Notes under the pieces: generated by a model
The model's database searches: none
Told to the model about the DNA's origin: nothing
The model's input: only the letters and a program-made list of their open reading frames with translations
Position numbers and translations under genes: made by a program
Part shown: positions 29,098 to 38,609 of the stretch, piece after piece
Layout of the letters: each line of letters starts with the position of its first letter
How positions within the stretch are numbered: the first letter of the stretch is position 1
Virus record (IMG/VR): IMGVR_UViG_3300020050_012045
Coordinates: 32,001 to 96,000 of that record
Source: a virus
Taxonomy: Duplodnaviria > Caudoviricetes
DNA: 64,000 bases
Reading direction: 5' to 3' (one strand)

Positions 29098-29710
29098 TGT
29101 GATTGACCTGGATCTTGTCGGCAAGTGAGGTCACTAGCGGAAACAGCTTAGGATCAGAAAACCCGTCTACAGCGTTACGGTTCTCAGCTTCCTTAAAGTC
29201 TAACCACCAACTCTTACCCTCGCCTACATACCCAAAATACTGCTCACGGGTCAGACCCATCCGTTCAATCACGATTTGGGCTAGCCCCGAACCAAGAGCG
29301 TCAAGCACCTTGGCCATGTTCTTGAGATCGGTTGAGTTGCCACCGTCCAAGCCTTCAGCGATTGGCTCGTGAGCCATCAGGGTGGAGCGGGTGGTCATTA
29401 GGCGGACAGGGCATGCTTGGAGAAGGAAGAACCCGAACGAATAAGCTTTATGGTCAACCACACAGGTCAACTTGACCGTTTTAAGGGATTCGATGGTTTG
29501 AATCAGATTGAGACCGTTCTCAATCGAGCCGCCAGACGAGTTGATCTTGAGCCAAACGTCAGTTCGACCTGACTTTTCATAAATCACCAGCTGCTCACGA
29601 ACTGCCATCACCTCCTCTAGCCGGAATGTCCGTAGTTCGATCATGACGGCGTTATCGGACGGGGCAACAAATGGCAGGGCGGCAAAGATGAGTGGTAGTA
29701 AAAACAACAT
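29081..29710 (-). CDS. ClpP-like peptidase with N-terminal signal/hydrophobic peptide
   Basis: INSSGGS, AYSFGFFL (Ser), LMAHEP (His), WLDFKEA...AVD; AAGGAG SD. Confidence 0.8.
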   Translation of the reverse strand: MLFLLPLIFAALPFVAPSDNAVMIELRTFRLEEVMAVREQLVIYEKSGRTDVWLKINSSGGSIENGLNLIQTIESLKTVKLTCVVDHKAYSFGFFLLQACPVRLMTTRSTLMAHEPIAEGLDGGNSTDLKNMAKVLDALGSGLAQIVIERMGLTREQYFGYVGEGKSWWLDFKEAENRNAVDGFSDPKLFPLVTSLADKIQVNHIILSQ

Positions 29711-29719
29711 GAAAACTCC

Positions 29720-29748
29720 TTGATAATTAGTAGCTTTTTAGATAGGCT
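29720..29748 (+). promoter_or_regulatory. sigma70-type promoter (leaderless)
   Basis: TTGATA-17-TAGGCT-6-ATG(29755). Confidence 0.7.
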
Positions 29749-29754
29749 ACGCGG

Positions 29755-30357
29755 ATGAGTGACTTTGTGGCTTCGCGGTATGTGGTCAGAAAAGATTACG
29801 AATACGGTGAATTTGTCATCGGAAACAACGGGTACTTCTCTGTTATCTCGTCCTATGGCAATTGGGCGTACAAGTGGTGCGGGCCCGGGATGGAGTTTAA
29901 GAATTTCCTGTGCAAACTCGACAATGAATACGTGATGTGTAAGCTGGGGAAACAGGAGCACTACAACTCAACAGCCACGCTAAAGTCCTTCGAGCAACTA
30001 CTTAAGAATTTCGATATCCCAGATGAGAAATGCAAGGAAGTGCTCAATGACGTTTCCGAAGATTATTGCTCATTTGACACCGAGCAGGACTTTGAGCTTT
30101 TCTACAGTGACTACATAGATTCATGTATCCCAGAGCTGGACTATTACGACGTAGCGGGGTGCGTCGTAAAGACGTTTGGTAATCAGATGGAAGGGTTCAT
30201 GAAAGAAATCTGGCCGTTGTTTGTTGCTGAACTTAAGAAGGAATTGCTCCCTAAGGAGTCCCCATCGGAAGGGGTACTACCCTTGCCTCCGCGAGATGTA
30301 GTGTACAAAACCATTCTTGAGCGCTCCGAAGAAATCCAACGAGGAGACAAGAAATGA
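29755..30357 (+). CDS. conserved phage hypothetical protein
   Basis: SSYGNWAYKW...FKNFLCKL...YVMCKL...IWPLFV. Confidence 0.75.
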   Translation: MSDFVASRYVVRKDYEYGEFVIGNNGYFSVISSYGNWAYKWCGPGMEFKNFLCKLDNEYVMCKLGKQEHYNSTATLKSFEQLLKNFDIPDEKCKEVLNDVSEDYCSFDTEQDFELFYSDYIDSCIPELDYYDVAGCVVKTFGNQMEGFMKEIWPLFVAELKKELLPKESPSEGVLPLPPRDVVYKTILERSEEIQRGDKK

Positions 30358-31445
30358 CCCCTGAATATCTGCGTAAGCTAGACGCGCTCGTTGACGAAGG
30401 TTTTCTCTCTAAGTCCGTAAAGGGCGATCTGGTGTCCTACAACTACACCAAGCGGTGTCAACATGAACGGCACTGGACGCCGCTGACCCTGAATGCTCGC
30501 GGAACCATCTATAATTCCAAGACTGGCCAGATTGTAGCCCGAGCATTCCCTAAGTTCTTTAACGAGTTCGAGCCAGAAGCCGCTAACATCAACTGGAACC
30601 AGGAGATCGTGTCGGTTGCGACTAAGGCCGATGGCTCCCTAGGGATCGGCTACGTAGACGGGGACGGGCAACTATCCATTACTACCCGTGGATCTTTCTA
30701 CTCTGAACAGGCTATCAAAGCTACCAAGATGATTCGGACGAAGTACAGACACACCCTATTCGGTAACGTAACCCCATTGTTTGAGATTATCTATCCAGAG
30801 AACCGGATAGTCCTGGACTACGGGACAGAAGAGAAACTGGTACTTCTGTCTGTTCTTAACTTAAACGGCGATGCAATGGATCATGCTTTCTGCGAGGAAT
30901 ACGCTGAAGCATGTGGTTTTGAACTAGCTAAGCAACACCCAGACAAGTACAGCTGGACCCGCCAGCAGTTCGTTGACTACGTTAACAGCTTACCTTGGAC
31001 CGAAGAGGGCCTAGTCATCCGGTTCGCTGATAATACTTCAGTCAAGGTGAAGAGCCCCGAGTACATGCGAGTAGCTAAGGCCAGAGCTAACCTGAACTAC
31101 CTATGGCTATGGGAGTGTGGTCGAACCAACTGGAAACAGGAGGTTCTGAAGCTCCCGGATGAATTGTGGCCAGAAGCAGACAAGCTGGGAGATGACATTG
31201 AAAACCTCATGGCTGACCTGATCGCTAAATGCCTTTTGTTGCGGGGGCAGTTAGATTTGATTGGCGAAACAGACCGCAAGGTATATGCTGAGAAAGTGAA
31301 GAAAGCTCCAGACTTCTACCAGAAGTTCTTGTTCAAGATGTTTCCGCTTACGGGCTGGTTAGAGGGAGCGCTTGACATGGCCTGGAAAGCTTGTCGACCA
31401 GTTGGCGGTAAGTTGCCTGAAATTCAAGATATAGGAGTGAAGTAA
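30354..31445 (+). CDS. RNA ligase (T4 Rnl1-like)
   Basis: NYT, ARG, RAFPKFFN, motif I KADGSLG, TRGSF, FEII, EGLV, KVKS. Confidence 0.92.
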   Translation: MTPEYLRKLDALVDEGFLSKSVKGDLVSYNYTKRCQHERHWTPLTLNARGTIYNSKTGQIVARAFPKFFNEFEPEAANINWNQEIVSVATKADGSLGIGYVDGDGQLSITTRGSFYSEQAIKATKMIRTKYRHTLFGNVTPLFEIIYPENRIVLDYGTEEKLVLLSVLNLNGDAMDHAFCEEYAEACGFELAKQHPDKYSWTRQQFVDYVNSLPWTEEGLVIRFADNTSVKVKSPEYMRVAKARANLNYLWLWECGRTNWKQEVLKLPDELWPEADKLGDDIENLMADLIAKCLLLRGQLDLIGETDRKVYAEKVKKAPDFYQKFLFKMFPLTGWLEGALDMAWKACRPVGGKLPEIQDIGVK

Positions 31446-32239
31446 TGCAGGAAAATATTGAATCCCTCAACCTTCGGATCGAAACATTGAGCAACCGTCT
31501 TTCTTCAGAGAAGGATCCAGCACAGAAAGAGAATCTTGAAATCTCATTGATGCTGCTCATTGACCGTTTAGAGCGGGCTACCAAGCGGGAAAAGAATCGC
31601 AAACGTGTAAAAGACATTCGGCAGCAACGTGTAGGTCGCGTCACCAAGCTTGGGACATTTGAGGTCACAGGAGATGAGCTTCGTGTCACCGATCCTTGTT
31701 ACAGCAAGGACACTACTGGGTGTGCCGGAACTCTGGAGAACCCAGCCAAGGGCACGTGGCATGCCTACATTCAGTACCAAGACGAAGGGCCTGATTGGGG
31801 TGTTCGTAACTCCACGATTTTTGCTGTTCATGAATCCTGCTCCCAAAAGCTGAAGTTTGAGCATGGGTGGTTGTATCAGAATCACATGAGCAGCCTTTCT
31901 GGCATTGACGTTGGCGTCGATTCTGGGACTGCTGGGATTTTTGACGACTCGAAGTATCCTGACAACCCTCACGAAGAGAGGGAAGATGACGACCAGGGGT
32001 TTTACTATCGCTGTGGAGTCCAAACCATTGGTGACGGCATAAGCAGCCGTTTCAACGATGACGGCATAGACACTCTTGGAGCTGGGGTGGTAGCCGAGGG
32101 GTGCGTTTCTCGCTCAGGCGACGGTGACGGCAGCTACCGTTGCTTTTACGAATCCAACGATAACGGTGAGGTGGATGCTGTTGAGATCTCATTTTACTAC
32201 CGTGAGGATGAAATGGAAGACGAAGAGGATTTTGAATGA
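31445..32239 (+). CDS. DUF4241-like protein with N-terminal helical extension
   Basis: VTDPCY, GVDSGTAGIFD, SRSGDGDGSY. Confidence 0.75.
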   Translation: MQENIESLNLRIETLSNRLSSEKDPAQKENLEISLMLLIDRLERATKREKNRKRVKDIRQQRVGRVTKLGTFEVTGDELRVTDPCYSKDTTGCAGTLENPAKGTWHAYIQYQDEGPDWGVRNSTIFAVHESCSQKLKFEHGWLYQNHMSSLSGIDVGVDSGTAGIFDDSKYPDNPHEEREDDDQGFYYRCGVQTIGDGISSRFNDDGIDTLGAGVVAEGCVSRSGDGDGSYRCFYESNDNGEVDAVEISFYYREDEMEDEEDFE

Positions 32240-32685
32240 AGGCACTGTTCCTCGACGTGGATGGCGTCTTAAAGACAACTGACGAGCAGAACCTTGAGAA
32301 CTGGCATAACCCCGGTCAGTTTAACCAGGACGCATGCCGTAACCTGTCCATAATCATCCGGGCAACTGGGTGCAAAATCGTTATCTCATCTTCCTGGCGT
32401 CGATACCATAGTCCAAAAGAGATGGAAGAGTTCCTGCACCAAAACGGTGTTCTGGAAGCGGAAGTGATTGGAGAGACCGAGTCCCATATGCCGATTCGCG
32501 GGCTTGAGGTCAACCGATGGGTACAGCTCAATAAGCCTGAGCGGTACGTCATTATTGACGATTACAGCTTGTCGGAATGGCTTGCAAGTCAGACCGAACA
32601 TCTGGTAATTACAGATCCAGATCGGGGTTTAAGTGACCTTGATGCGATGCTGGCAATTGCCATTCTTAATGGGGAACAAGCATGA
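32236..32685 (+). CDS. HAD-superfamily phosphatase (RNA-repair-associated type)
   Basis: LFLDVDGVL, IVISSSWR, RGLEV, YVIIDD. Confidence 0.85.
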   Translation: MKALFLDVDGVLKTTDEQNLENWHNPGQFNQDACRNLSIIIRATGCKIVISSSWRRYHSPKEMEEFLHQNGVLEAEVIGETESHMPIRGLEVNRWVQLNKPERYVIIDDYSLSEWLASQTEHLVITDPDRGLSDLDAMLAIAILNGEQA

Positions 32686-32786
32686 CGTTTATCGCAGGGG
32701 TATTCGCGGGTTGGTTGGCTCTTTTTCTGTTCAAGCTCGGAATGTCGATTTTCAACCAGTACATGGCTCACAGGGATGAAGAATGA
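32682..32786 (+). CDS. unannotated 34 aa membrane peptide
   Basis: MTFIAGVFAGWLALFLFKLGMSIF...; ATGA-coupled at both ends. Confidence 0.6.
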   Translation: MTFIAGVFAGWLALFLFKLGMSIFNQYMAHRDEE

Positions 32787-33283
32787 GTGTCGCTTACAAG
32801 GACGTCGTTGTTGGGCAAGTGTACAGCTACAGCCGTAATCTTCAATGCATCCCGCTAATTAAGAACGTGGTGGTGTACGACACCCAGACCGGGGAAGTCG
32901 TGACTCACAAATCAGGACACTGGTTTCTGGCACTGGTTCATCCAATGAAGTTTAAGTTAAGTCAGGACAGTTACCAGCGTATTGATGGATCGGAAGATGA
33001 CTTCGATGGGTTTTGGCGGATTGAGTTGTTCAAAAACTATTCAGTCAACTCGACCTGGGATGACCACCTAGCTCAAATAGAAGCAACTGCCAAGCAAAAG
33101 CTAAAGAATGAGAAGGAAGCGGAGTTCCAAAAGATTCAACGCGCTTTGATTAACAAAGTCCTCATAGACGACTTTGACGTACACTGTAACTGGGTAGAGG
33201 ATGCGTGGACACACAAGGTCGAGATCCGAATGAGTGCGGATGACATGATGAAAGTCCTGAGGCTGAGGCTGGAGGACAAATGA
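32783..33283 (+). CDS. hypothetical protein
   Basis: 166 aa ORF in operon. Confidence 0.65.
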   Translation: MSVAYKDVVVGQVYSYSRNLQCIPLIKNVVVYDTQTGEVVTHKSGHWFLALVHPMKFKLSQDSYQRIDGSEDDFDGFWRIELFKNYSVNSTWDDHLAQIEATAKQKLKNEKEAEFQKIQRALINKVLIDDFDVHCNWVEDAWTHKVEIRMSADDMMKVLRLRLEDK

Positions 33284-33489
33284 AGACTGAATACATGGGC
33301 TGGGGTACATACAGGCATTACGACAAAGAGACAGATTTAGTCTACGTTGTCGATGCAATAGACTCCCTCGACCTTCCAGAGGAAGCTATCTTGGCTGAAG
33401 TTGAAGAGAAAATACGCAATGCTATTCTGTGTGTGAAGACGTCAATGTCAATCACTACCACAAGAGCCGCCGCCAGGAAGGGTCGATGA
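33280..33489 (+). CDS. hypothetical protein
   Basis: GGAGG SD, ATGA overlap. Confidence 0.6.
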   Translation: MKTEYMGWGTYRHYDKETDLVYVVDAIDSLDLPEEAILAEVEEKIRNAILCVKTSMSITTTRAAARKGR

Positions 33490-33836
33490 TTAAGAAAAAC
33501 AGCCTGAAGGATAAAGTAACTCAGTGCACTCAGAGAATGAGCGCTTTGTCTTTGAATGATGTACAGTACCCAAGGTACGAAAAGCTCAGGAACCTGCTGA
33601 GTTCGTCTAAGTCGTTTGAGGATGCGGTCAGGGTTACGAACGACCGAGCTTTGCGTAAGTTCTTTATTAGAGCCACTTCGCCAGAGAATACGGACGAAAT
33701 CCTGTGGTCGCTTATGATGCTGATTGACATGACTCTGACTGACCTAGATGCGGCCAGAGAGCGAAGAAATGCTAGGGTGAGAAAGAATAGGAAGGCTAGG
33801 ATTAAGAACCGACACGGAACCCGCAAATCTCAGTAA
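33486..33836 (+). CDS. basic hypothetical protein
   Basis: Start moved to ATGA overlap at 33486 (MIKKNSL). Confidence 0.6.
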   Translation: MIKKNSLKDKVTQCTQRMSALSLNDVQYPRYEKLRNLLSSSKSFEDAVRVTNDRALRKFFIRATSPENTDEILWSLMMLIDMTLTDLDAARERRNARVRKNRKARIKNRHGTRKSQ

Positions 33837-34057
33837 GCAGCCCACGCAGTGTCAAATTCGCCACACTCCATCCCGAAATCAACGTCATCGAAATCTTCGG
33901 TTGTAGCCAGAACTTGCTTCATGCGACGGCGGTAAGCTCGTTTGGTTGCCAGCTTAATGTCGCGAACATGGCTAGAGTTCTTCAGGGTTTGGCGAGCTTT
34001 GCGGAGCGAGGTCATCGTGGTGCGAGCGCTTGAACCGTGAGCCATGGTAGCCTCCAT
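33830..34057 (-). CDS. small basic protein
   Basis: Own promoter; alternative start at ATG 34045 behind GGAGG. Confidence 0.6.
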   Translation of the reverse strand: MEATMAHGSSARTTMTSLRKARQTLKNSSHVRDIKLATKRAYRRRMKQVLATTEDFDDVDFGMECGEFDTAWAAY

Positions 34058-34063
34058 GCAGAG

Positions 34064-34091
34064 ACAATATCAGAACTTACTTATTTGTCGA
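34064..34091 (-). promoter_or_regulatory. sigma70-type promoter
   Basis: TCGACA-16-TATTGT-6-ATG; shares AGTTCTGATATTGT with the promoter at 83-110. Confidence 0.6.
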
Positions 34092-34586
34092 CTTCTTTTT
34101 CGGGCGAGGTCCACTTTTCTTGCGGCGGTCGACCTTGACTTCAACTTCAGCCATCTCGTTCTCGGGCTGGCCTTCTTTGGTCTTGCGTTTGAACTTATCC
34201 ATGAAGATTCTTGCTAGGTCGATACCTGTCACGTCACGAATGTTTTCAAGGATGCTGACCGCTTCTACGCTAGCCACCGAGGCAGCAATCACCCTGGCGA
34301 TAATCGGGCTTTCGTTACCAACCAGGCTATCCATGGCGAAACCAACTAAAATAGCCAGTTGGTAGCCAAGGGTTTTACCGATAGTGTTACCTAGGGCTCG
34401 TGAGCTGAACTTCTCTTTTTTGGAGCGAAGAACCTTCCACACCCCAGAGAACAGGTCAGCAAATACCAACGCACCAACAATCAGCAGTAGCGATTGAATT
34501 GGAAGCACAACGGTCCAGCCGACCGCCAAAACTGCGGTTCCCAGCTCCCAGAACGACTTGCCGAACAGCTCAAGAAGTTGCTTCAT
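34077..34586 (-). CDS. holin (phage holin family 4-like)
   Basis: About three TM segments, ADLFSGVWK, FSSRAL, VEAVSILENI, basic tail; start MKQLLELF. Confidence 0.8.
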   Translation of the reverse strand: MKQLLELFGKSFWELGTAVLAVGWTVVLPIQSLLLIVGALVFADLFSGVWKVLRSKKEKFSSRALGNTIGKTLGYQLAILVGFAMDSLVGNESPIIARVIAASVASVEAVSILENIRDVTGIDLARIFMDKFKRKTKEGQPENEMAEVEVKVDRRKKSGPRPKKKSTNK

Positions 34587-34596
34587 TGTCGACCCG

Positions 34597-35013
34597 TTAT
34601 CGCTGCTTACGGACTTTGACGAGTACGGTTCCATCAGTACCCTCAACAACAACTCTCATGAATTTACCGCTTACTGGGGCGGCAATACGCAATGGAGCAT
34701 TGGCGTTCCAGGAGTGTTCTTGTTCGTATAGTGGAATGGTAAGTTCTGAGCCGGATGGAGTGGCGCCGGTCGAATACTGAACAGGGTCAGCTGACCAATG
34801 GCCGCCAGTTGCCGCCGTGTTGTCTGAGCCGATGCTATCGTCTGACCATTGGATTTTGACCCGAACGGTTCCGGTCATCCCAGACGGACAAACCACAACC
34901 ATTGCTTGGACCCAAGTGTCAACGTTAAGACCGTCTGAGCTAACAGGGGTGCCAGACAGCGTTGTGCCGTTGAGGAGGATGTAAACGTTATCAGGCATGT
35001 TAACAATAGCCAT
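34597..35013 (-). CDS. putative virion protein (beta-sandwich)
   Basis: VKIQWSDD...KFMRVV; AGGA SD; in late operon. Confidence 0.55.
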   Translation of the reverse strand: MAIVNMPDNVYILLNGTTLSGTPVSSDGLNVDTWVQAMVVVCPSGMTGTVRVKIQWSDDSIGSDNTAATGGHWSADPVQYSTGATPSGSELTIPLYEQEHSWNANAPLRIAAPVSGKFMRVVVEGTDGTVLVKVRKQR

Positions 35014-35026
35014 AAATAGTCCTTAA

Positions 35027-36046
35027 TTAAGCAAAAGCTTGATTGAAAGTTGCAAGGTAGTTGGTGCCGTCCCAGTAGAGTCGGATGAGGTCCATTGCGT
35101 CGTTGGCTACGGAAATTGTAGGAGCTGTACCGCCAGGCCATTTAACAGTGGCAGGCCAAGTGATGTTTCGGGCAACAGACCCTTGGGTCACTTTGACTGT
35201 ATAGAGCCCGCCAGAGATTGGGTTAGATAGCGTAACTACAACTGTACCTGTTGCGCCCTGGAGGTCGATAGCCTGGGAAGCACCGTTATTCCAGTTTAAC
35301 GTAATTGTGGTACCAGCAGTAGTTTGTGTGGTGAACTGGGTAAGGCCGAGATTCCCGGCAATAGTGCTTTGGAGACCGGAAGCTACAGTGAATGAACCAC
35401 CAACAGAAACGTTTAGACCGTTAAAGAAAGCCGCTACGCCGTAGAAGTTCCAGAAGTCACCAACAACACGATTAACGTGGTCGGACTTACCGGATGTCGA
35501 TCGCCACTGACCGGACCCTAATGAAATATACTGGATTGGAGCGCCAGCCGAGGTGTAGTCACGAACGTTAACGGCATTCGGAAGGATTGTTTCGCCTGAA
35601 GCCGGATAGACGTTTACAATGTTTGTTAAGCCAGCACCGGGAGTTCCGGCGATTAAGTTATAGACTGTCCAGATTTCACCAGCTGGGCGTCCGGCTGGAA
35701 GTTTTACGCCACCAGTCCCCGAAGAGACATACGCCACCTGTGTCGTTATTTGAGTGGCCGCTGCCTGATCCGCCCCAGCAGCGGCAATTACAGCATATGT
35801 CCCGCCGAACCCTTTGCTAAAGGATACTGACTCAGCATTGTCAGTTGAAACAAATCTAAGATAGCGATTGGCCGCTTCCCCAAACCACAGAGCTTCCGCT
35901 AGGTTGTCTGGGAAAAGTACGCTGTTAGCGCCGGTTGCACCGTTGAACGTTTGTGAGGTTCCGGTGAAGGATGTAGCTGCCCCACCTCCACCGCCACCAG
36001 TGTCAAACGAGACTCGAAATCCAAGATTTCGTAATGGTATTGGCAT
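35027..36046 (-). CDS. tail fibre / appendage protein with N-terminal tag
   Basis: MPIPLRNLGFRVSFDTGGGGGG; C-terminal ITWPATVKWPGGTAPT...D module common in fibre proteins. Confidence 0.7.
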   Translation of the reverse strand: MPIPLRNLGFRVSFDTGGGGGGAATSFTGTSQTFNGATGANSVLFPDNLAEALWFGEAANRYLRFVSTDNAESVSFSKGFGGTYAVIAAAGADQAAATQITTQVAYVSSGTGGVKLPAGRPAGEIWTVYNLIAGTPGAGLTNIVNVYPASGETILPNAVNVRDYTSAGAPIQYISLGSGQWRSTSGKSDHVNRVVGDFWNFYGVAAFFNGLNVSVGGSFTVASGLQSTIAGNLGLTQFTTQTTAGTTITLNWNNGASQAIDLQGATGTVVVTLSNPISGGLYTVKVTQGSVARNITWPATVKWPGGTAPTISVANDAMDLIRLYWDGTNYLATFNQAFA

Positions 36047-36069
36047 TCAAACCCCTAGTTGTGCCCGGT

Positions 36070-36077
36070 AAAGATTG
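36070..36077 (-). promoter_or_regulatory. putative late promoter CAATCTTT
   Basis: Exact octamer 23 nt upstream of ATG 36046. Confidence 0.75.
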
Positions 36078-36086
36078 CTATGGGGG

Positions 36087-36818
36087 TTACGGGGCGTCCG
36101 TTACGATATCACCCGCTACCATATTAACCATCGTTCCGCTGCTGGATGTAAGTGTCGTATCAAGGAGGGTGTTGAAGGTGTCGCCGTCACCGAATTTGTA
36201 CCAAGCTTTTAAACCTGAAGCTAAGGAGTGAGTGGTTGGGTTGCTTGGGGTACCGCCGTTATAGAGTTCGGTAGCGGTAGCGTTACCGAAGTTGACCCCG
36301 CTCCAGAACGTCACATTGGTGACCCGCTGAGGGAGAAAACCCGCTGGCGTTCCGCCGTCATCAGCCGCCCCAACGTACCAAGAGGAAGCAGTAGTGACCG
36401 CAAAAATTGAAGTGGTGCTATGATCAAGGACGCCATCTACCCACACTCCAAGCGTAGGGGTTCCGGCGACGTCATGGACGGCAGTCAACAAATGGTGCCA
36501 CAATCCGTCATTGTATGTGCCGCCATAGCTGATTCCGCCACCACACCAGACAGCGAGTTGGCCGAACAGGAGCTGGGCGCCCCACTGATATTCGGACAAA
36601 TCTAGGTTTGCTTTTGAAAAAATCCAGTTACCAAAGGCGGCGTCAGTGCTTTTGAACCAAACCGATATAGCGCGACCTGTACCGTCATTCACTGCCGGGG
36701 ACATACCGACAGGGTTACCCAGGTTGACATAGTCATTAACCCCGTCAAAGTCGATTGACTTAACAGCGGTGTAACCACTCTGAGGAGGTACGCAAACAGC
36801 TAGAGCACCTGGCAGCAT
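36087..36818 (-). CDS. LamG / concanavalin A-like lectin domain protein
   Basis: SIDFDGVNDYV, ISVWFK, NDGLWHH, VWVDG, LYNGGTP, WYKFGDG. Confidence 0.85.
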   Translation of the reverse strand: MLPGALAVCVPPQSGYTAVKSIDFDGVNDYVNLGNPVGMSPAVNDGTGRAISVWFKSTDAAFGNWIFSKANLDLSEYQWGAQLLFGQLAVWCGGGISYGGTYNDGLWHHLLTAVHDVAGTPTLGVWVDGVLDHSTTSIFAVTTASSWYVGAADDGGTPAGFLPQRVTNVTFWSGVNFGNATATELYNGGTPSNPTTHSLASGLKAWYKFGDGDTFNTLLDTTLTSSSGTMVNMVAGDIVTDAP

Positions 36819-37318
36819 TATGCCCCCGTGTCCCCGCCTAGGGTTACGATTGCACTGGTTCCACCGCTGTTTGACTTGCAGGACAACATACCCATAGCGT
36901 GGATGCCGGCTGACTTAGTATGGGACTGTCTATTGTTTATGGTTGCGCCACCGCTAAACGTGATTTGGCCAGAGCCACCTTGTTCCCACGAACACTGAAA
37001 TCCCGCCACCAGCGTGTTGGGGACTGTGACAGCGATAGGGGAGCCGTTGGTAAAGGTGATGTGTCTGCCGGCATCTGATGCTGCGATTGTGTACGTGGTG
37101 CCTATTTCTGCACGGACGTTAGCTATGTGACCGCTAATTTGATTAGTGTCAGAAACCGTTATGCCAGAAGCTTGAACCGTCGAGCCGCCAGTTCCATCAG
37201 CACGCAATAGCACGTTATCCGTGCCCCCCGTCGAACCACCAATGGTGCCCCCGCCGCCAGCACCACCACCAGTATCAAACGAAACGCGAAATCCAAGATT
37301 TCGTAATGGAATTGGCAT
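36818..37318 (-). CDS. appendage protein with N-terminal tag
   Basis: MPIPLRNLGFRVSFDTGGGAGGG; GGTDNVLLRADGTGG; YTIAASDAG...VTVP. Confidence 0.7.
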   Translation of the reverse strand: MPIPLRNLGFRVSFDTGGGAGGGGTIGGSTGGTDNVLLRADGTGGSTVQASGITVSDTNQISGHIANVRAEIGTTYTIAASDAGRHITFTNGSPIAVTVPNTLVAGFQCSWEQGGSGQITFSGGATINNRQSHTKSAGIHAMGMLSCKSNSGGTSAIVTLGGDTGA

Positions 37319-37326
37319 TATTGCCC

Positions 37327-37566
37327 CTACTTGTAGGAGCTAAAGATTGTTTGTAAGTAGGTTAGGGACAAATGTCCGTAAAAGAACAAAAAACGCCACA
37401 GGTTGAACTTAAGGTAGCCGCCCATGTACTTGATGTACACGTAGTCAGCAAACAGCTGTTTCTTGGATAGTGGCCAGGTATTTACCTTGATTTTCCACAA
37501 ATGCTTCCTTTTGGGGGAGCACTTAGACAACCAGAGCTGCCAGGCATGGACTTGACGTTTTAGCAT
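37327..37566 (-). CDS. hypothetical basic/aromatic protein
   Basis: TGATG coupling to the upstream gene; fills the gap exactly. Confidence 0.45.
   Translation of the reverse strand: MLKRQVHAWQLWLSKCSPKRKHLWKIKVNTWPLSKKQLFADYVYIKYMGGYLKFNLWRFLFFYGHLSLTYLQTIFSSYK
37342..37349 (-). promoter_or_regulatory. putative late promoter CAATCTTT
   Basis: Exact octamer 23 nt upstream of ATG 37318. Confidence 0.75.
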
Positions 37567-38609
37567 CAGGTCACGTCTTTGGTGACGTCAATTCGCTCAG
37601 ATCCGGTCATATCCGCAACGATACGGTCCTTGGTGTCACCAAGATCACGGAATGTGACGATAGCGTTTCCGCCACCCAAGTCTTGGATAGTGGTCTTGCC
37701 AGCAGCTACAGCGGCCAGGAGCCGCATGACTTGCTCAAAGGTGAATCCAGACTCAGAGATTGCGCCCCAAACGGCATCGGCTACGTTAGCCGTAGTCAGG
37801 GTTCCACCTGTCACACTGATGTTGGCGCTAAGCTCCCCGCTAGCAAACGGAGTAGCCGAAGTTGTGCTTGAACCAAGTAGACTGACAACCATGTTGGCGA
37901 TTGCTTCGGTAGCAGCAGTCAGGTTGCCGGAACCAACCAGGGCTGCTGCGGCTTGAAGTGTACCAAGGAGGCTCGCAGACAGAACGCCCGATCCAACCAA
38001 GTTAGCAAGAGCGTTAATTGTGGCCAGAAGGGTCGCTGCTGTAATCGTACCTGAACCCGTCAAGTTGGCAACAGCCGCAAGCGTCCCAACCATACTTGCA
38101 CTCAATGTGCCAGATCCGGCCAGGTTGGCGAATGCATTGATAATGAGTTCAAGAGTAGCTAAGGTGATAGTGCCGTTGCCGGATAGGTTGGCGAGAGCTT
38201 CAATTTTGCCGACAATATCAGCCGTCAAAACACCAGATGCAGTCAAGTTGGCGAATGCAAAGATAACTAGTTCGAGTTCCGCCTTGGTAATGTCCCCTAC
38301 ACCAAGCAACGCAGAAATAGCATTCAGGCCACCAGCTAAGTTAGCTGCCGTGACATTGCCCACACCTAAAATTCGATTTCGTGATGCTAGGCCGCCAGAT
38401 TTTTGTGCCAGCTCTCGGGCGTACGGATGAACATAACCTTCAGGTACGGCAGCTCTGTCGGTAACTCCGGTAATCGAAGCTTGACCGTAAGCAAAACGCC
38501 TTCGTGCACCCGGAGAGTACCAGGTGTTGGGCGAAGCAGTGTAAGCGCTGGCCCCCTGCATAAGCAGGGGGCCAGCGCTTAACTTCATACCATTACCGAT
38601 TAAGGCCAC
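37566..38609 (-). CDS. virion fibre-like protein with A-NL-G-G-L/I repeats
   Basis: About 9 repeats of 19-20 aa; C-terminal RLLAAVAAGK...FRDLGDTKDRI. Confidence 0.7.
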   Translation of the reverse strand: MALIGNGMKLSAGPLLMQGASAYTASPNTWYSPGARRRFAYGQASITGVTDRAAVPEGYVHPYARELAQKSGGLASRNRILGVGNVTAANLAGGLNAISALLGVGDITKAELELVIFAFANLTASGVLTADIVGKIEALANLSGNGTITLATLELIINAFANLAGSGTLSASMVGTLAAVANLTGSGTITAATLLATINALANLVGSGVLSASLLGTLQAAAALVGSGNLTAATEAIANMVVSLLGSSTTSATPFASGELSANISVTGGTLTTANVADAVWGAISESGFTFEQVMRLLAAVAAGKTTIQDLGGGNAIVTFRDLGDTKDRIVADMTGSERIDVTKDVT

